DNA of 64,000 nucleotides, taken from assembly GCA_965153285.1 (NCBI GenBank), contig OZ229114.1; one strand, given 5' to 3'. The notes under the pieces are model-generated. The model made no database searches, had not been told where the DNA came from, and saw nothing but the letters and a program-made list of their open reading frames with translations. Both the position numbers and the translations under genes were made by a program. Below, in pieces: positions 37,391 through 49,150 of the stretch; the stretch's first letter is position 1, and every line of letters starts with the position of its first letter. Origin of the DNA: Podarcis tiliguerta. Taxonomy: Eukaryota.

Positions 37391-39739
37391 GAGTGAGCTA
37401 GCAGCAGTTGACTGGATGCTTGTTTAACCAGACTGTGTGACTAACTCTTTGGGAAGGAGTGGCACCAGCTACACTTAGAAGGGCTAGTATGACCACTCCT
37501 CAAAAAAATTAAATCACTCTGGACATAAATATTCCCTGTTCAGCTATAATCACACTTGGAAGAGATCTGGGCACATTCCGATCTGGATTCAGGACTGAAT
37601 CGCCCTTGGTTGCCTTGATGGATGAGCTTTATTGCCCTTGACATCCTGATGGAAGAGAACAGATGACTGCAAACCTGTTGCTTTTCCTTGATCTCTCATC
37701 TGCTCTGAGCAGCAGATCAAGTAAAAGACTAGGATCCACCAAGCTGTAGCCTGCACAAATATATCATGTTTACTAGCTCCTACTTTTTCTCTCAAAGGAT
37801 TTAAACTTTGGGGTCGAAATCCAAATATAGAGTTAGCATGCGTAAGTATACTGCTTTCAATAAACCTGAAATGTACATCAGATGTTGTGCCAGGAGTTTT
37901 AAAAGAATCTTGGGATTTATAGAGGTGAATTATTGAAAAGGTAACTGTAAAAAGTCCACGTATTTGAGAATATAGTAGAATCTATAGTGATGTGTACAAA
38001 CTATCTCAATTATTTGATTGCACAACATGAATTGTCTGCAAATAGGTATTGAAGTGATCTGGCCAAGACTCAGTAGGAAGTTTACAACATGGAACAGCTC
38101 CAATCGAATAGTCTCTGATATGGCAAGGCTCATACCTACTGTGCTCCCACTGCCCCATGGCACAATCATTGCATAGATTCTCAGTTTAACTAGTTGTCTG
38201 GTTCCTTCCCCACTGTTCCTATACTCACTCCTTACCTTCGTGTTTTCATACACGTTTTCACAGAATTCCAGAAACTGCAGCATATGCTGGTTTCAATACT
38301 GTATATATGCAAAAAAGAAACAACTAAAAAAATTTCAGTTGAATGGTTTGGATTCAGACAAAGCTAGTTATGCTATAGTTGTTCCCAACAAAATAAATGG
38401 AAAAACATGATTAACTAAATTCCAATTGAATCAGAAGCAGCTATGAAGGTGTTGGATACGTGACTGGAGGCAGCAATGCACTAGATGAAAGAACAAGTTC
38501 ATAGCTGGGAGTCCTCATTGTTCCACTGGAGTCCCAAGTGGCCTCTGAGCACTTATGCCTGGCTTAGGCTGCTTGGCCAGCCAAAACCACTTCTGGACCA
38601 GGATAGCCTGGCCTACTAACCTACTGTGGAAGATGGTCAGGAAGCAGCTGTCAGGCTAGAGAGTAGGTAGCCCATTGAATCGCTAGTCTTGGAAGTGCTG
38701 CAACTTGCTGCCAGTGAACTAAATGCATTAGTACTAACATGCAAAGCTGTAAATGACTAAAGTACCTAAAGTAGTGACTGCCCCCACCCCAACATCAACC
38801 ACTTCAGGTTTCACTACTGGCAGGTAAGGTCCTGTTGGTGGTGGTGCCCAGCTGGGACTGACCGATGACCAGGTATTGTGATGCTCACTTACAGAATGTC
38901 CTCTCTGGTGAGAGGCAAATTCTCCCCCATTATTAATGTATAAGAAGAATTTAGAAAAATTGCTGTTCACCCAGGCATTTGGTGGTTGAAATATATTGTT
39001 TGAGGCAACATTGAAAGTAGTTGTGAAAATATTTGGTGTGTTTTTAAATGTTTAAAGAGTTTTGGGAGGAAGGGCAGGATAGAAATCTAATACATAGTAA
39101 CAACAATGCCAGGATCTGAAACTGCTTCCTTGTTGCATTAAACAGGGGATTTACCCACTACCTGCTCTTAGAACTCACTCTAGTGAACTTAAATTGCCTT
39201 CTGTGAACTGCTCTGAGCATAATGTATTTGTGGAAAATGTGTTATATAAATAAACTAACTATAGCTAGTGGGAACTTCAAAAAGATGCTTGTGTTGAGCT
39301 CTCTCTCTCTACTTACTAGATATGACTTCTTAGCCTAGAGCAGCAGCACTTCACAGAACAGGAGGATGGATTTGATTCTACCCTTTATTCCTAAAATGAC
39401 CATCTCCAAACTGAGTCTCCTAAACTGTTCATTACAAATAGGAGCCTACTAACTTCTTGAAAATGGCTGGCTGGCTATGTTTGTGGCTAGTGGGTAAATT
39501 CTGTTTAACCAACTTTTCAAAAGAAGCAGCCCTTGCTGGTTTACTATTTAGACATTCCGAGCGCTCACACATTTATTTACTTATTTAAATATTTATAACT
39601 GCACTTCCATAAAAATGCAACAAGGCAGTATACACCAATCAAAAGTTAAACAGTAAAAACATTAGAAGATGATACGTGTTTTGCCAACAACATGTTAAAG
39701 AATCAGGGATGCTTCTGTTTACTGTTTCTGAGCAAAGGG

Positions 39740-39960
39740 GCACCATGTTTTCCTCTACAACCATCTAGGATCTCATCTGTTATCCATGACTTCCCAGATA
39801 AAATATCTAATTGTTTGGAGATTTAGCACCCTGGAGTGAATTTCATCAAATCCTGCTGATTTGAATTCATCCAAATAGGTTTAGCCTTTCCTGGTCTGCA
39901 GTCCGTGTTGTTAAAATTATATTAACCATCTGGTCACAATTCATCCTTTTCAAATGATAA
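39740..39960 (-). mobile_element. Old CR1 internal fragment
   Basis: The minus strand reads ...YLDEFKSAG.DEIHSRVL.., matching [17 protein letters not shown] in the CR1 at the left edge. Confidence 0.6.
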
Positions 39961-40442
39961 AACAAGATGAGGACAGGCATTCATTCATCTATTGTAAGCA
40001 AGGTCATATTCAAGGTATATCTAGGGTACTGGTTTATTTCACTTTTTTAAGCTAATATAAGCTTTTGATCGAGAATGCATGATTGTTTGGTGACATGCTA
40101 GCATAAATACACATTTTGTATGGTCCGTTTTTCCTCAATTAAAAGAGTTTGCATATTCCTTTGCATTCCTTTTTATTTTATAATTTTGTGACATGAGGGT
40201 ACATATATCAGCATTTCATGGAATGTTATTATATTTTATGTCTGGTTTTAATTGTTGTTAGCCACTTTCTAGTGCTGTATCACCACTACAAAGGTGGGAT
40301 CTAAATGCATATATACATTACACATAAAAACAAAGAGCAAGATGTTCCTTAAAACATTCAGGGCCCAGGTCATTCACATGTTTCATTGTACATTGTACAT
40401 GGATAGGAATTTAGTTCATCAGAATAATTCTTATCTGTAATG

Positions 40443-40490
40443 TGAATTTCAGTTACATTGAATTTCAGTTACATTGAATTTCAGTTACAT
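40443..40490. repeat. Minisatellite, 16 bp x 3 perfect copies
   Basis: TGAATTTCAGTTACAT repeated three times. Confidence 0.95.
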
Positions 40491-41876
40491 ACCTCTTTTG
40501 ATGTTTATTATGTTGAATTTTTAATTAAAAAAGGAACAGTTCAAGCATAGACCCACATATTCCTTTCTCTACTAAAGCTTTCATATTTGGCCTTCCCTTC
40601 ACGAGTTTCCATGGACCATTTAGACAATACAGACAGCTATAAACAGCCCAGAGTATGTCAAAGCAGTATAGAGAATCTTTTACATTTTAGCTAGCTGTGA
40701 AAGAACTGGGTGAAGTTAACAAAGAGCTTTACAATTTATTTATTTCTTGAATGAATAACTATAGTAGATAAGTTACTATTCAATTTCAGTTGCTAGGATA
40801 TGTTAACTTTGTCTTTTTTAAAAAGCCTTACTCTAAATAAGATTGCTATTCAGCTGCCTCATAAATATCAGTGCCTTCTACCCTATATTTAACTTTGGCA
40901 GTATTTTTGAAAAGCTTAGCTGGGGACAGTAAATCAACCTTTTCTGCAAGCCATCTTAACTTGTTCTACCTATCTATATTTTGAAGTCACCATTTCATTT
41001 AACTAGAGTACATTGTACAGTCCTGCTGACACAACATACAGTGGTATCTCTTCCAACAAGTTTCCAGAGCTTGTTTCCAGTACATTTATAATTAGAACAA
41101 GCATCATTCGTGTGCCTGCTAAGAGCAACTGCACGTATTATTTTTCATTATTTATACACCTAAAATCATTTGTCAAATGTGCATTTATCAGTACATGACC
41201 AATGTGCATAAAACTGTCACGTTGTTATTAGGAGTCAGGTTTAGGTCTTCAATGCAGCCTGCTACTGACATACTTTATAGTCTTTATCTTGGCTACAATT
41301 CCTGAAATATCTATTGCTAAAACCATGTCGGTCTGAGATTTCTGAGGGCACTGCATACACCCACATTGCATGTTCATCATGCTACTATAGACATACTACA
41401 ACATAAACATAATTAAAATCATAATTAAACTGCTGTACTTTCACTTAAAATTTTGTTAGACCTAATGGATTCATTGAGGCAAAGGTAAGCAGCCTGCACT
41501 TAAGCTGTGATTGGAAAAACCTCAACATGAGAACTGGAAAGGAAGTAGTGTGGCTATTTATTATTATTATTTTAACGGCAATTTAACAGGCAAAAGAGAT
41601 TGCAATTTCCATAACACTGCTGTTTAAATGCATGTTTGGAGAATAATCCAGAGCTTACCTCAAAAAAACAAAAAGTAGTGTGAAGGAGCCTGCAATCTTG
41701 CCAAATAATCAGGTTTCTCCTATGTAGTGAGCAGTATGGATGAACAAGAACTACAGCTCCATGGCAGATCGAACTGAATCCTGTGCGTGCTCATACACAT
41801 GCACACTGCTTTTTGAATTACAGTTGTTATTGTGAGAGCATGCAGAATGGGCTCAATCTATACAAAGGCTCCTTCC

Positions 41877-42640
41877 ATTTATTTTATTTATTTATTTGCA
41901 TTAATTAACCCGCCTTCTCCCTTAAGTGTTAGGGTGCAGCACATTACGACACAGTACATAAATAATCAAATTGTAAACAACAGCACGACCAATATAATAT
42001 CACTAAAAGCAGAATGAACAATCAAATATCCCCACAAGCTTTAGGGGAAAGGTGACTTGCATGCCTTCTAAATACATGCAGAGTTGGCACTAGGCAAACA
42101 TCTACAAAGTAAAAGTTACAAAGTCTGGGGCTACTGCAGAGAATGCCCTCTCACACGCCACCACCCCACAGATTTCTGAGGGTGATGGAATTGCCAACAA
42201 GGCAATAACCTCCTCTGCCAAGCTTAACTCTTACATCAGTCAAGAGGACAAGGCACTTTCAAGTATTTGCAATCCCAGTTGTTTAGGGTTTTGCATGTCA
42301 AAGACAAGACCTTAAATTGGGACTAGGATAGATAGAAAATGCAATTCTCTCAGAAGCAATGTAATATGAATTCTTCCAGCCAAACCAGTCAGTAGTCTAG
42401 TTGCCTTCTCCACTTCTTTCAACATTCTGAGTTGTTGTCTTCAAGGAAAGCCCCACATACAGCAATTGGCTGGGAGGACAGAAATTATATTTTGCCAATT
42501 CCATTTCTCAATATAGCACCCAGCAAACCTCTAGGACATTGTGGGAGGTGATGCTGAACTCCTCTCAGGAAATGCTGCCACTGGCCAAGAGGAAAGTCTG
42601 GATCCAACACTATGTGATCATAGTTTCCAACCAATGCAGA
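41877..42640 (-). mobile_element. Old degenerate L2 3' fragment
   Basis: Reverse-strand tail (TTTA)n with AACCCGCCTT. The minus strand contains an FKVLSLTCKTLN-like L2 motif at ~42280-42320. Confidence 0.7.
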
Positions 42641-44752
42641 CTGAACACTCACATTATACCAGTACTGCAACAGATGGTGTCTGAAAACAAGATTACACAA
42701 GTCATAGTGTATTGCCAGGAGGAAGAAAGAAGACGATCAACTCAGAATGCTGCTGGTTCTTGGCTCTGGTTTTATATTAATACAAATGCTTCTCCAAGAT
42801 TAAAAAGTATCAAGGTAACAGGTGATAATAACAAAACTGAGATGGAGTGATTTATATTTAATCCACTATCTGAAAGCATTGCAATGTGCAGGCACTGCTG
42901 TAGGTTCAACAGCATACTGTGGCACCCTACAGCAAATTCTTAAAAACAAACATGAATTTTGTAGTATTTCTATTTGGATTATTTTTTAAACATCCATGAC
43001 ACAATATCATAGCTACTCATGAGGAAAAGCAAGATATAAGCATTATTGTTATTTAAAGAGGGAGACAAAGCAAGAGGAACAAAACAGTTCACAAATATTA
43101 TTTGGTTTAATTCCTGTAGCACAGCCTTCCCCAAGCACAGCCTTCCAGACCAAACTCATAGTCTTCCCTGATTATTGACCATTCTGGCTAGTCTGAGCAG
43201 TTGCACTTCAACATCAGGACAGAACCAAGTCGGGAAAGGCTGCTCTTGCTAGACTCTTTAAATATCAGAAAGTTTCCATTATCTCTCCCCAAGAGTGGTA
43301 TTTCTCACCCTACATTCTGTATACATTAGTGCTTACAGATTCAGCCATCCCTTTTATACTTATAGAACCCTCCATGATTTGTTGTGTTATTCCTGATTTT
43401 CACATTTCTAATAATACCCATATTTCCACATAGCCATCATTCCAGTAAGAACCAATTCGCAAGTTGACATGGCTTGTTTGAACTGAACTGTGCTGGAGCT
43501 ACATCACTGCTCCACCACAAGCACAAGTTGGATCACACCTAAGCTACCGTAGGATAGGTGTGCATGGTGCACTAAATGAAAATTTCACTGCAAGTTCTGT
43601 TAGACACAAAGAGCCACCACTATCGTAGTTGAAGTGAAAGATTCAGTCCCAGTGTGATGATCTGTTAGCATTCCCATCTTCCATAGTTCAACTGAAGAGG
43701 TTTTTCCACTGATCTGGAGTGCCTGTTACTCCAGTTTAAAACCCACACCTACAACATATTATCTAAATCTACTCTTGAGCAATAGATCCAAATTGCTCTC
43801 TAAACATTGGGGAAAGTCAGATTTACTTTTGAGATTAAAAAAAGCTCAGAAAGAAATACTTTAATGAGCACAAGAAGGGATCAGTATTTAGGACATCAGT
43901 GTGCATTCTATGTCAGCCTGACCAAGTCGCTTCAGGAACATTTTGCATGAAAGATTAGGTATATATTTTAAAATGTCATTAGAAACAGACACATCATAAT
44001 CTGTGTGGTGTTGGTGGGGAGAAATACATATAGTTGATTTTCATCTACATCAAACCTCATTATTTTAAAAGGTACTACTTTAAAATTGTATAACCTTAGG
44101 CTGTATTAATATTTCACAGTTTAGCTAATTATTTTACCAGATGAAGAAACAAGTTGCAGTTCCAATCAGTTTGCTACTAATTTTTTGTCCATTTTTCTCA
44201 CAGATATCTTATTAAATAGCATTAAGGACAATTTGCTATTAAGGGTAGCTATTTCCTATCACCCCTGCACTGGGCTAGCTAAAATTATATATTTTCTTAA
44301 TATAATCCTCTTAAAAGTAAGAGGGGATCTCTTTGAAGCAAGTAAGGCAAAATTGAGGTTACTGTTCAAGAGACCTTGAATTACGCACTTTGAGAAAGAG
44401 GGCAAGGGCAAAGTTGCAATTTAAAGAGACTGAAATGAGGATTTAGCAAATCTAAGTATTTTCTTCAGTATCTGATACAAAATATTGTAAGCTGCCTTAG
44501 GGACTGACACTTCATATCAGATGTTCTCTAGTGCCGAGTAACTCCCGCCAGGAGTTTTCTTTTTTTGCATAGCTTACAAAGCAAGGAAAAAGATTCATAG
44601 TGCAAGGTCACACATCTACCATACAAAAAGAGCTGCTGTAAGAATGTCTTATATAAAAATAGTCAATGACTGCAAGCCCATGATGTACAGCAACTTAACT
44701 TTCAAGAAATCCAAACACTGTAGCAACTTTAAGTATTTCCAGTAATACTGAA

Positions 44753-44947
44753 GAGCCACGGCTTAGTGGTGGTGGATCTGCTTTGAATGCCTAAGTTCAC
44801 AGGATCAACCATTGGCATCTCCAGCTAGAACTGGGGATGGTCCTTGAACCTGTGACTCTGTAGAGTGGCTGCCAGCTAGTTTGTAGACATTGCTGAGCTA
44901 GGTGAATCAGGTGGGCTGACTAGATATGAGACAGCTTCCTATGTTCT
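44753..44947 (+). mobile_element. tRNA-derived SINE (Squam2-like)
   Basis: GGCTTAGTGG..CTGCTTTG..GGCATCTCCAG...GCTGCCAG...GTAGACA...GCAGCTTCCTATGTTC pattern. Confidence 0.75.
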
Positions 44948-47799
44948 CAAAATACTAGACTATATCCTAATACAGACAATCAGTCGCCTGGTTCCTATGA
45001 CACAGTAAACCAGGAGACATTCCCTGGATTAAACAGACATTCATTCATGAACCAGGCAATAAGGTTTAAGCTCCTCAAGCTTTGCTCTTTTCTTATTTCC
45101 ATTATTATTTTAAGGATATTATATCCAAAACACCCACTAACCTATATCGTAGGAGTATAGGGGCTTCTTGAAGTATCCTGCAATCAAGTAGGCCTGCGTT
45201 AAGCTAAATATCTACAAACAATATGACTTATCACATTAAAGTAGGGCAAAAAGTCTTGGTAATGTCAGTTTATTAGCCTCATCTAATGGCGACAACTAGC
45301 AACATCTATCACAGCAACTGGTGATCTTCAGGAAAACATTTCTCTACTGTGAACAATTTACTCTAATGTCAGTGAAGTGCCCTGCATACAGATTTATTGC
45401 AAGGCATAAGGAAGAAGGAAGATGCCTGTAGACATATTCTAGTTTATTGATATATAGACTGCAAATTCATTGAAGGAGAGAGGTGTATTTTTGTCCATAT
45501 TACTCAGAGAAGTGTCAAGTACATTGGTGGTGACAAATAAAATATTTGTAATAAATGTATCTGATTATACAGACCGAAATGTGAATATATCTCAAAGTTA
45601 TACTGGCTCCCTTTTGGTTGCAGCTGTTATGGACAGTTTTAGATATTTGTGATCTGCCCTTCACCCAAAAGGTTCTAGGGCACCAGACAACAAAGATTCA
45701 AAGCATGATTCACAAGAACTAAAATTAATATAACCCATGTCATAAAATTCAGAATACCAAAATTTACTTGTAGACACAGAGTTGTTTTTTGGAAAGATAT
45801 TATTGCTCTTTCCAAGGCCACAGAATGAGCAAGCAGATATGCTTGTGATGTCTCCAAGCAAAAGGATTCAGGTATAGAGCATGTATTTTCATACATCCAG
45901 AGTGCTTACACTTTGCAGATAAAGAGGGTAAGTCAAACTACAATTGGGAACAATAGCTAGTTCATGCTACTGTTTGCTTCCTGCATCATCCCGACAGAAT
46001 CACACAAAGTGCAAAACTTTGGCAGGCTAGGTGCTAAGAGGATATTCTCAGAATGGCAGTGGGGCAGAGCACCTTCGTAGCAACTGGTACCATCCCAGAA
46101 CCACAGCAGATAGTGACGTGTTTGTTCATACACAGAACAAACCAAAGAGTGATAGTTCTCTTCAGTAGCCAGTACAGGTAGTGAGCACGTGAGTTGCTCA
46201 GTTACTTATGTCTTCTTTGACACTGAAGCCTCTGTGTTTTTCAGCAGGAAATAAGAAGTGGACTGACTTTCAGCTCTCTCTTGCTAGGTAAACCAAACAG
46301 TAAGTCAGCTGTACAAAGACCTCAAAGTAGGCAACATCCTCCTTCAAGCTACCAAGCAACTCACTTTACATGTGCGACCCCAAACATAGCATATTGGAGG
46401 GGGGAAATCAATTAAACATATCAAGCATTCTTTGCAATCATAGTACCTTTCATCTAGATGTTCTACAGCTGCTCTTTATTAAGAAACCAAAACTTGAAAT
46501 TCTCACACATATTTACACATATGAAAACAAAATCACAATGGGAAAGTAACTGATGGAAACTGCAGCGATTCTCCATATTTAAATACGTCATCAAGAATGA
46601 AAGCGTAATACCTTGTTGACATCTTTTTATGTCTCTATAATGGTCATTAAAAAGTCTTCTTATATCAAGCACTAAACATCATGTAAAATTGTAGAAGTCT
46701 AACAATGCACTTTGCAGCCCCCCAGTGGTAAAGTAGAATTCGTAACTTTGACAGAATTCATATGTACCAGTTTTTATAGAATAGCACTCCTCAAACACCT
46801 ACAGACAAAACTCTCACATTTGCCAGAAGGAAATCATATGGGGGTTATTTTAAAGGAGATAAATAGAGGGACAACTGCCAGCTGCTCTATTTCTGTCCAT
46901 TGCTTGTAATCTATATTGCAATCAAACTGCATGCAGAACACAAAGATTATAGTAATTGGGCTGATGACCTCAGTGCCTTGTGCTCAAATAATCTATATTT
47001 CTGCTGGTTCTCAGAGTATAGTCCTCCAAGTTCCTGTGAATTAATGTTAATGTTTTGTCCTAAGCATACACAAACAGCAATGAGCAAACTTTCAAATCAT
47101 AACTATGATATTTACTGTCTTTAAGAAACAGTGACATTTTCAAAGCAGTGCTTAGTAAAGTTCTCACCACTTCTGTTTAACACTGAACAGTTGACATCCT
47201 AGAGAAAGATTCACAGCAGAAACGCAAAACAGAGAAAGGGAAATAATTTACTTTTTGAGATGCAAAGTGAACCACAGATGTCACCAGTAAAACTAGTTGG
47301 GTTAAAAACAGAAATTACTAATGCATACTATCAAAATAAATCTATGAATAACATGTTTCATCATAGAGGGAATACCAAAAGCCACCTGGGGTTATCTAAG
47401 CAGTTTAATGCTACAGAGACTATTATTATTTTCCCTGCCAAGTTTTCCTTTCTCTCTGACAACATTGCTTTCCATTGAAGCAACACCATATCAAGGGTGC
47501 AAAGTCTTAAATGTGTTTCATACTGAACCAAGGAGGAGTATTGCAAAGTGGAATGAATGGAAACTCCAGGGCCAAGTGGGCTCCCCCAGCTAAAATGAAA
47601 AACCAGTATTTTCTGTGTTAGGCAGGCTAAGTCAATGTTTTGGTGTCTTCAACTTTGCTGATGCAAGAACCGAAATACCAAGTTTCAGTGTGTACTACTG
47701 TACACACAACCGATCTTTCCCACCGATTCGAATACCCCCTTCAAATGAGCCCTTTGGCCAGAGGTCCACGCTCCTTTGTAGATCTGGAGCTCCATAAGG

Positions 47800-49150
47800 C
47801 GAATAAACATTCCGCCCCAGTGTCGCCTCCTCATTTGCAGCCACTGGCTGCCTTCCGCTCAGCCAAGCAATCCGTTTAAGCCCCGCCAGGGTCAGAGCGC
47901 CCGTCTGCGAAGAGCGATGCGTTCGAGGCACTTCACCTTCCCAGAGACTTCGCTCCTGGCCCAATCGCGGCAGAGCCAGCACGCCTGCCCAATTGCCCCC
48001 AACTCCAGCGGCTTCCCCTCGCCCTTCGCCTCACGACGCCTCAAACTTTCCCCGGCTCTTCTTTCCCTCAGGGATGCGTAACGGTGAGGGAGTCCCTCTT
48101 CCTCGCCGCCTCCCACCCCACCCTCTCTCTCCGAGGCAAGCGAGCTTCCTCGTCTCCACCTGCCGTTTCCAGGTGCAGCCAACGAAGCTTCCCTCACCAA
48201 CGGCAGCCCAAGCGAAGGAAACTCCTCCGGCGCGCCGCCACAGCCTCGTCAAGCGCAACAAGCCCGCCAGACACAACAAACGCTGCCGCCGGCGCCCTCG
48301 GAATCGCCCCGGGAAGGAAGCGCGGGCGACGAGGCGGCGCCCCTCACACCTGCGCGCAGCCTGGCATTGCTGGGAAGGAGGCGGCGAGGCGAGGAGGGAG
48401 GCAGGGAAACTTCACTTACCTTTGGCGGCGAGGAGACTGGCGACCCCGCACAGGAGCAGCGCCCACTCCCAGCACTGCCTCATCCTCTCGGCGACCCGGT
48501 CGAGCAGGACGCGCTTGCTTCTCCTCTTCCTCTTCCTCGGCTTTTATCACAGCCGTCTCCCTTCGTCGAGGCGGAGGAGGCTCCGGGCTGCGCCGCGTGG
48601 TCCCTCAGACCGCTCGCGTCGCTGGGCTGTGGCAGCGGAGGGAAAGGGAAGCGAGGAGAAGCTGGAGCAGCCGCGGCGTCTGCTAGAGGAGGATGACGGC
48701 TACTGCTCAGTCATTCGCAGGCTTTACTGCCAGGACCAAAGCAGCTCTCCGGCTTTCAGCGCGGGACTGCTGCAACGTCACGGGGAGGAGAGGCGTGAAT
48801 ATTCATGAGGAGGAGGGGCGGGGCGCGGGGGGGGGGGGAGAGAGAAGAGACGCGGGTGGAAGGAGGTTCGGCGCGCGCAAACTACGGCGAAGAAAAGCAC
48901 GCTTGCAGAAGGCTGCCACTTTCATTCCGCAGGAATAGCCTCAGAGTTGGGGGCTTCTGCCTTCTCTGGATGTTGCAGCCAGAAGGATCGGGTGCTGGCT
49001 GCCCCGGGCGAAGGTGTGGGCAGGCACCTCTTCCTGCTGCGCACCTACCTGCCTGCCTGCTGTCTCGGGTTGGTGCAGCGCGGAAGGTTGGCTACAGAGC
49101 AGCCACTTCATCCTCTCACTTGCTCACCTGAGTTCGCGCTCTCTCTCTTG
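47800..49150. promoter_or_regulatory. CpG island / promoter of minus-strand gene
   Basis: Abrupt GC- and CpG-rich island in otherwise CpG-poor DNA. GC box GGGGCGGGGC (~48815-48824), half-CRE ACGTCA (~48775), GCGCGCGCA (~48871). Contains the first exon and splice donor. Confidence 0.93.
48420..48483 (-). CDS. First coding exon (64 nt, phase-1) encoding a signal peptide of a secreted or type I membrane protein: MRQCWEWALLLCGVASLLAAK|G
   Basis: ATG at 48483-48481 with A at -3. Basic N-terminus plus hydrophobic core. Consensus donor AAG|GTAAGT at 48420/48419, inside the CpG island. Gene not identified; CD99L2/CD99-like is a tentative guess from recalled signal peptides. Confidence 0.82.

Noticed and set aside
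38236-38298. Possible minus-strand exon with GTAAGG donor
   Set aside because: Has a stop codon in the frame required by exon 1 (phase 1); no homology.
47993-48808. 271-aa + strand ORF (and overlapping 48084-48686 etc.) in the CpG island
   Set aside because: Non-ATG start and Arg/Pro/Ala-rich low complexity, typical of stop-poor GC-rich DNA. The supported exon is on the minus strand.
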